Shown piece after piece: positions 61,565 through 64,000 of a stretch of DNA of 64,000 bases; position 1 is the stretch's first letter; the number at the start of each line of letters is the position of its first letter. The position numbers and the translations under genes were made by a program. The stretch spans positions 203,894-267,893 of the forward strand of contig CAVXUF010000002.1 in the NCBI GenBank assembly GCA_963764975.1, read 5' to 3'. The notes below the pieces were generated by a model that had not been told where the DNA came from, searched no databases, and was given only the letters and a program-made list of their open reading frames with translations. This DNA is from an uncultured Chloroflexia bacterium. Lineage in GTDB: Bacteria > Chloroflexota > Limnocylindria > Limnocylindrales > CSP1-4.

Positions 61565-62620
61565 TTGGACATCGTCATCCTGGTCGTGGCGTTCCTGACC
61601 ATCCTGCTCGGCGCCGAGCTGTTCACCAACGGCATCGAGTGGTTCGGCAGGAAGCTCCAACTGGCCGAGGGCGCCGTCGGGTCGGTGCTGGCCGCGGTGG
61701 GCACGGCCCTGCCGGAGACGATGATCCCGATCATCGCGATCCTGTTCGTCTCGGGCGAGAATTCGCATGGCGTCGGGGTCGGCGCGATCCTGGGCGCCCC
61801 GTTCATGCTCGCGACCCTCGCGATGTTCGTGACCGGGATCGCGGTCCTTGTGGTGGCCCGCAAGCGCACGACCGGGGACGTCATGCGCGTGGACACGAAG
61901 GTCCTCGCCCATGACATGCGGTACTTCGGGATCGCGTACGCCATCGCCATCGGCGCCGCGTTCCTGCCGCTCGAACCAGTTTGGCTCAAGTGGATCGTGG
62001 CGGTCCTCCTGCTCGGCATCTACGCCTGGTACGTCAAGGGCCACTTCGAGGCCGACGCGGACGTGGACGCCGAGGACCTCGCCCCGCTCCGGTTCCATCG
62101 GCTCGACCGCGGGGCGCACCGGTCGGACCCGGGCGTGCCCCGGTTGCGGGTCGTCAACCTCCAGGTCCTTGCCGCGCTCGGGCTGATCATCCTCGGCGCG
62201 GTCTTCTTCGTGCAGGCCGTGGAGCACCTCTCGGTGTCGTTCGGGGTGGACCCCGTCCTGCTGGCGCTGGTCATCGCTCCGATCGCGACCGAACTCCCGG
62301 AGAAGTTCAACTCGGTCATCTGGGTCCGCGCCGGCAAGGACACCCTCGCCATGGGCAACATCACGGGCGCGATGGTCTTCCAGTCCACGATCCCGACGGT
62401 GGTCGCGCTGCTCTTCGCGCCGGCCGCGTGGTCGATCGGGGAGGGGTCCTACACGGCGTTCGCGTCGGCCGGCATCGCGTTCGCGTCATCGGCCGCGATC
62501 TTCATCCCGATGGCCCGCTCCGGGCGCCTGCGCGGCAAGGGTCTGCTCGTCGGCGGGGTCTTCTACCTTGGCTACCTGGCGCTCGTCATCGCCGTCATCT
62601 CGGGGATCTTCGCGGGCTGA
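61565..62620 (+). CDS. sodium/calcium exchanger (CaCA) family membrane protein
   Basis: TTG start per ORF track. Two alpha-repeat motifs (GSVLAAVGTALPE; IAPIATELPEKF...GNITGAMVFQ). About 10 TM helices. Confidence 0.8.
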   Translation: MDIVILVVAFLTILLGAELFTNGIEWFGRKLQLAEGAVGSVLAAVGTALPETMIPIIAILFVSGENSHGVGVGAILGAPFMLATLAMFVTGIAVLVVARKRTTGDVMRVDTKVLAHDMRYFGIAYAIAIGAAFLPLEPVWLKWIVAVLLLGIYAWYVKGHFEADADVDAEDLAPLRFHRLDRGAHRSDPGVPRLRVVNLQVLAALGLIILGAVFFVQAVEHLSVSFGVDPVLLALVIAPIATELPEKFNSVIWVRAGKDTLAMGNITGAMVFQSTIPTVVALLFAPAAWSIGEGSYTAFASAGIAFASSAAIFIPMARSGRLRGKGLLVGGVFYLGYLALVIAVISGIFAG

Positions 62621-62651
62621 GCGTCCGGACCTCGCTGATATACTCCCGCGC

Positions 62652-63632
62652 ATGTTGACCGAGAAGTCGTCGGACACCCCGGCTCCCGCGACTCACCACG
62701 CGCCGAAGCCGGCGGCGCTCGATGCGTTGACCTGCTATTTCGAGGGGCAGTTCGTCCCGATGGCGGAGGCCAAGGTCAGCATCATGACCCACGCCTTCAT
62801 GTACGGGACGGCGACGTTCGAAGGCATCCGTGCCTACTGGAACGAGGAGCAGGGCCGCCTCTACGGGCTGAAGCTGCGCGAACACGTCGAGCGGATCCGC
62901 CAGTCCTGCCGGATCCTGATGATGCGCGACATCCCGTCCGTGGACGAGCTGACCGGCCTGATCGTGGAGACGGTCCGCCGCAACCGGTTCCGCGAGGACG
63001 CCTATATCCGCCCGTCGTTCTACAAGTCGACCCGGGCCATCGGCGTCCGGCTCCACGACCTCGACAACGAGCTCTACATCATCGCGCTGCCGTTCGGGAA
63101 CTACATCGACACCGAGACGGGCGTCAGGCTCATGACCTCGAGTTGGCGTCGCAACAGCGACGAGGCCCTCCCGGCGCGCGGCAAGATCGTGGGCGGCTAC
63201 GTCAACATGGCCTTCCAGAAGACCGAGGCCGAACTCAACGGCTACGACGAAGCGCTCGTACTGACGGCCGGTGGCCACGTCAACGAGGCTTCGGCCGCGA
63301 ACCTGTTCGTGGTCCGCGACGGGGTGGCGATGACGCCGCCGGTCAGCGATGACCTGCTCGAGGGCGTCACCCGCAAGGCCATCATGGAGATCCTCGGCAA
63401 CGAGGGGATCCCGGTGGAGACCCGCTCGATCGACCGGTCCGAGATGTACATCGCAGATGAGGCCCTGCTGTGCGGGACCGGCGTCCAGGTGTCACCGGTC
63501 ATCGAGGTGGACCATCGGGCGGTGGGGTCCGGTGCGATCGGCCCGATCACCCGGATCATCAAGGACCGCTACTTCGATGCCGTCCGCGGGCGACTGCCGG
63601 AGTACGCGCACTGGCTGACCCCGATCGAATAG
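62652..63632 (+). CDS. ilvE: branched-chain amino acid aminotransferase (class IV)
   Basis: ATG 62652 lies 7 nt after TATACT (62639-62644). YGTATFEGIRAY, EASAANLFVV and GVTR motifs. Confidence 0.85.
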   Translation: MLTEKSSDTPAPATHHAPKPAALDALTCYFEGQFVPMAEAKVSIMTHAFMYGTATFEGIRAYWNEEQGRLYGLKLREHVERIRQSCRILMMRDIPSVDELTGLIVETVRRNRFREDAYIRPSFYKSTRAIGVRLHDLDNELYIIALPFGNYIDTETGVRLMTSSWRRNSDEALPARGKIVGGYVNMAFQKTEAELNGYDEALVLTAGGHVNEASAANLFVVRDGVAMTPPVSDDLLEGVTRKAIMEILGNEGIPVETRSIDRSEMYIADEALLCGTGVQVSPVIEVDHRAVGSGAIGPITRIIKDRYFDAVRGRLPEYAHWLTPIE

Positions 63633-63644
63633 GGACGCCGGGCG

Positions 63645-64000
63645 TCAGGAGAGCGGGGGCGCCTCGAGCGCGGGCGTATCCCGCCCGATCGTGATGACGA
63701 TGTCGGCGAGGACCGCCGGATCCGATTCCGGTCGTGACCGTCACCTTGAACGTGGATTCGAGGTACGCGATGGTGCTCGCGAGGTCCGCTTCGGCGCCGT
63801 TGTAGACGACGATCTTCGTCGTGGCGGGGATCGCCCCGCTCGGCTTGGCGCGCGGTGACGATGCAGCCAGCCCGCGGTACTCGAGGTAGCCCGCGAGCGC
63901 CGGGCCGACGCTGCGATCCGGCAGACCCGAGACCACCCAGACCTGGGCGCCCTCCTGGGCCAACTCCTCGCGCTGAGCCTCCTCCTGCGGACTGCTCTTG
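63645..64000 (-). CDS. LytR_C-domain (cell envelope-related) protein, 5'-truncated by window end, one apparent frameshift
   Basis: ORF 63559..63963 reads VWVVSGLPDRSVGPALAGYLEYRGL...KIVVYNGAEADLASTIAYLESTFKVTVT. After a slip near 63715 it continues SDPAVLADIVITIGRDTPALE to stop 63645-63647. The frame stays open to the window edge. Confidence 0.6.

Overview
High-G+C bacterial chromosomal segment. Gene order looks like an actinobacterium-like monoderm: a rapZ-yvcK-whiA-tpiA-secG block, many leaderless-looking genes and an SLH-anchored exoprotein. About 60 protein genes, almost all on the + strand. They cover DNA repair and replication (polA, mutM, uvrB, uvrA, a UvrD-like helicase, uvrC, recJ, ssb), an ECF sigma/anti-sigma pair, an ABC-F ATPase, coaE, secDF, tatAC, pyrF, tpiA/gpmI, lemA-htpX, rpsF-ssb-rpsR and ilvE. 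There are 9 tRNA genes in 4 loci: Leu-CAA; Leu-CAG, Leu-GAG, Val-TAC; Phe, Gly, Gln, Cys; Leu-TAA. The one clear accessory island lies between uvrC and secD (about 22.4-26.65 kb). It is visibly lower in G+C and holds two orphan Rhs/YD C-terminal fragments plus small candidate immunity ORFs, with no full-length rhs gene and no mobility gene. Other points worth a second look: (1) a 139-nt multi-hairpin repeat family, with two near-identical copies and one diverged copy, each sitting in sense orientation 46-76 nt upstream of an unrelated gene; (2) a translationally coupled Lgt-like / membrane / radical-SAM / membrane operon, where the radical-SAM protein resembles Tes/GDGT-MAS by architecture; (3) an orphan receiver-TadZ/CpaE-type ATPase with a MinD-like C-terminal tail and a perfect 18-bp palindrome upstream; (4) an anti-sigma factor with a tandemly duplicated N-terminal module; (5) LexA-type boxes overlapping the -35 position of leaderless uvrA and uvrB. 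Many core genes have interrupted reading frames, at least 13 between 5.7 and 13 kb. This looks like indel error in the sequence rather than biology. All family assignments come from motif recognition by eye and no searches were run. Frameshift coordinates are approximate (about +/-10 nt).
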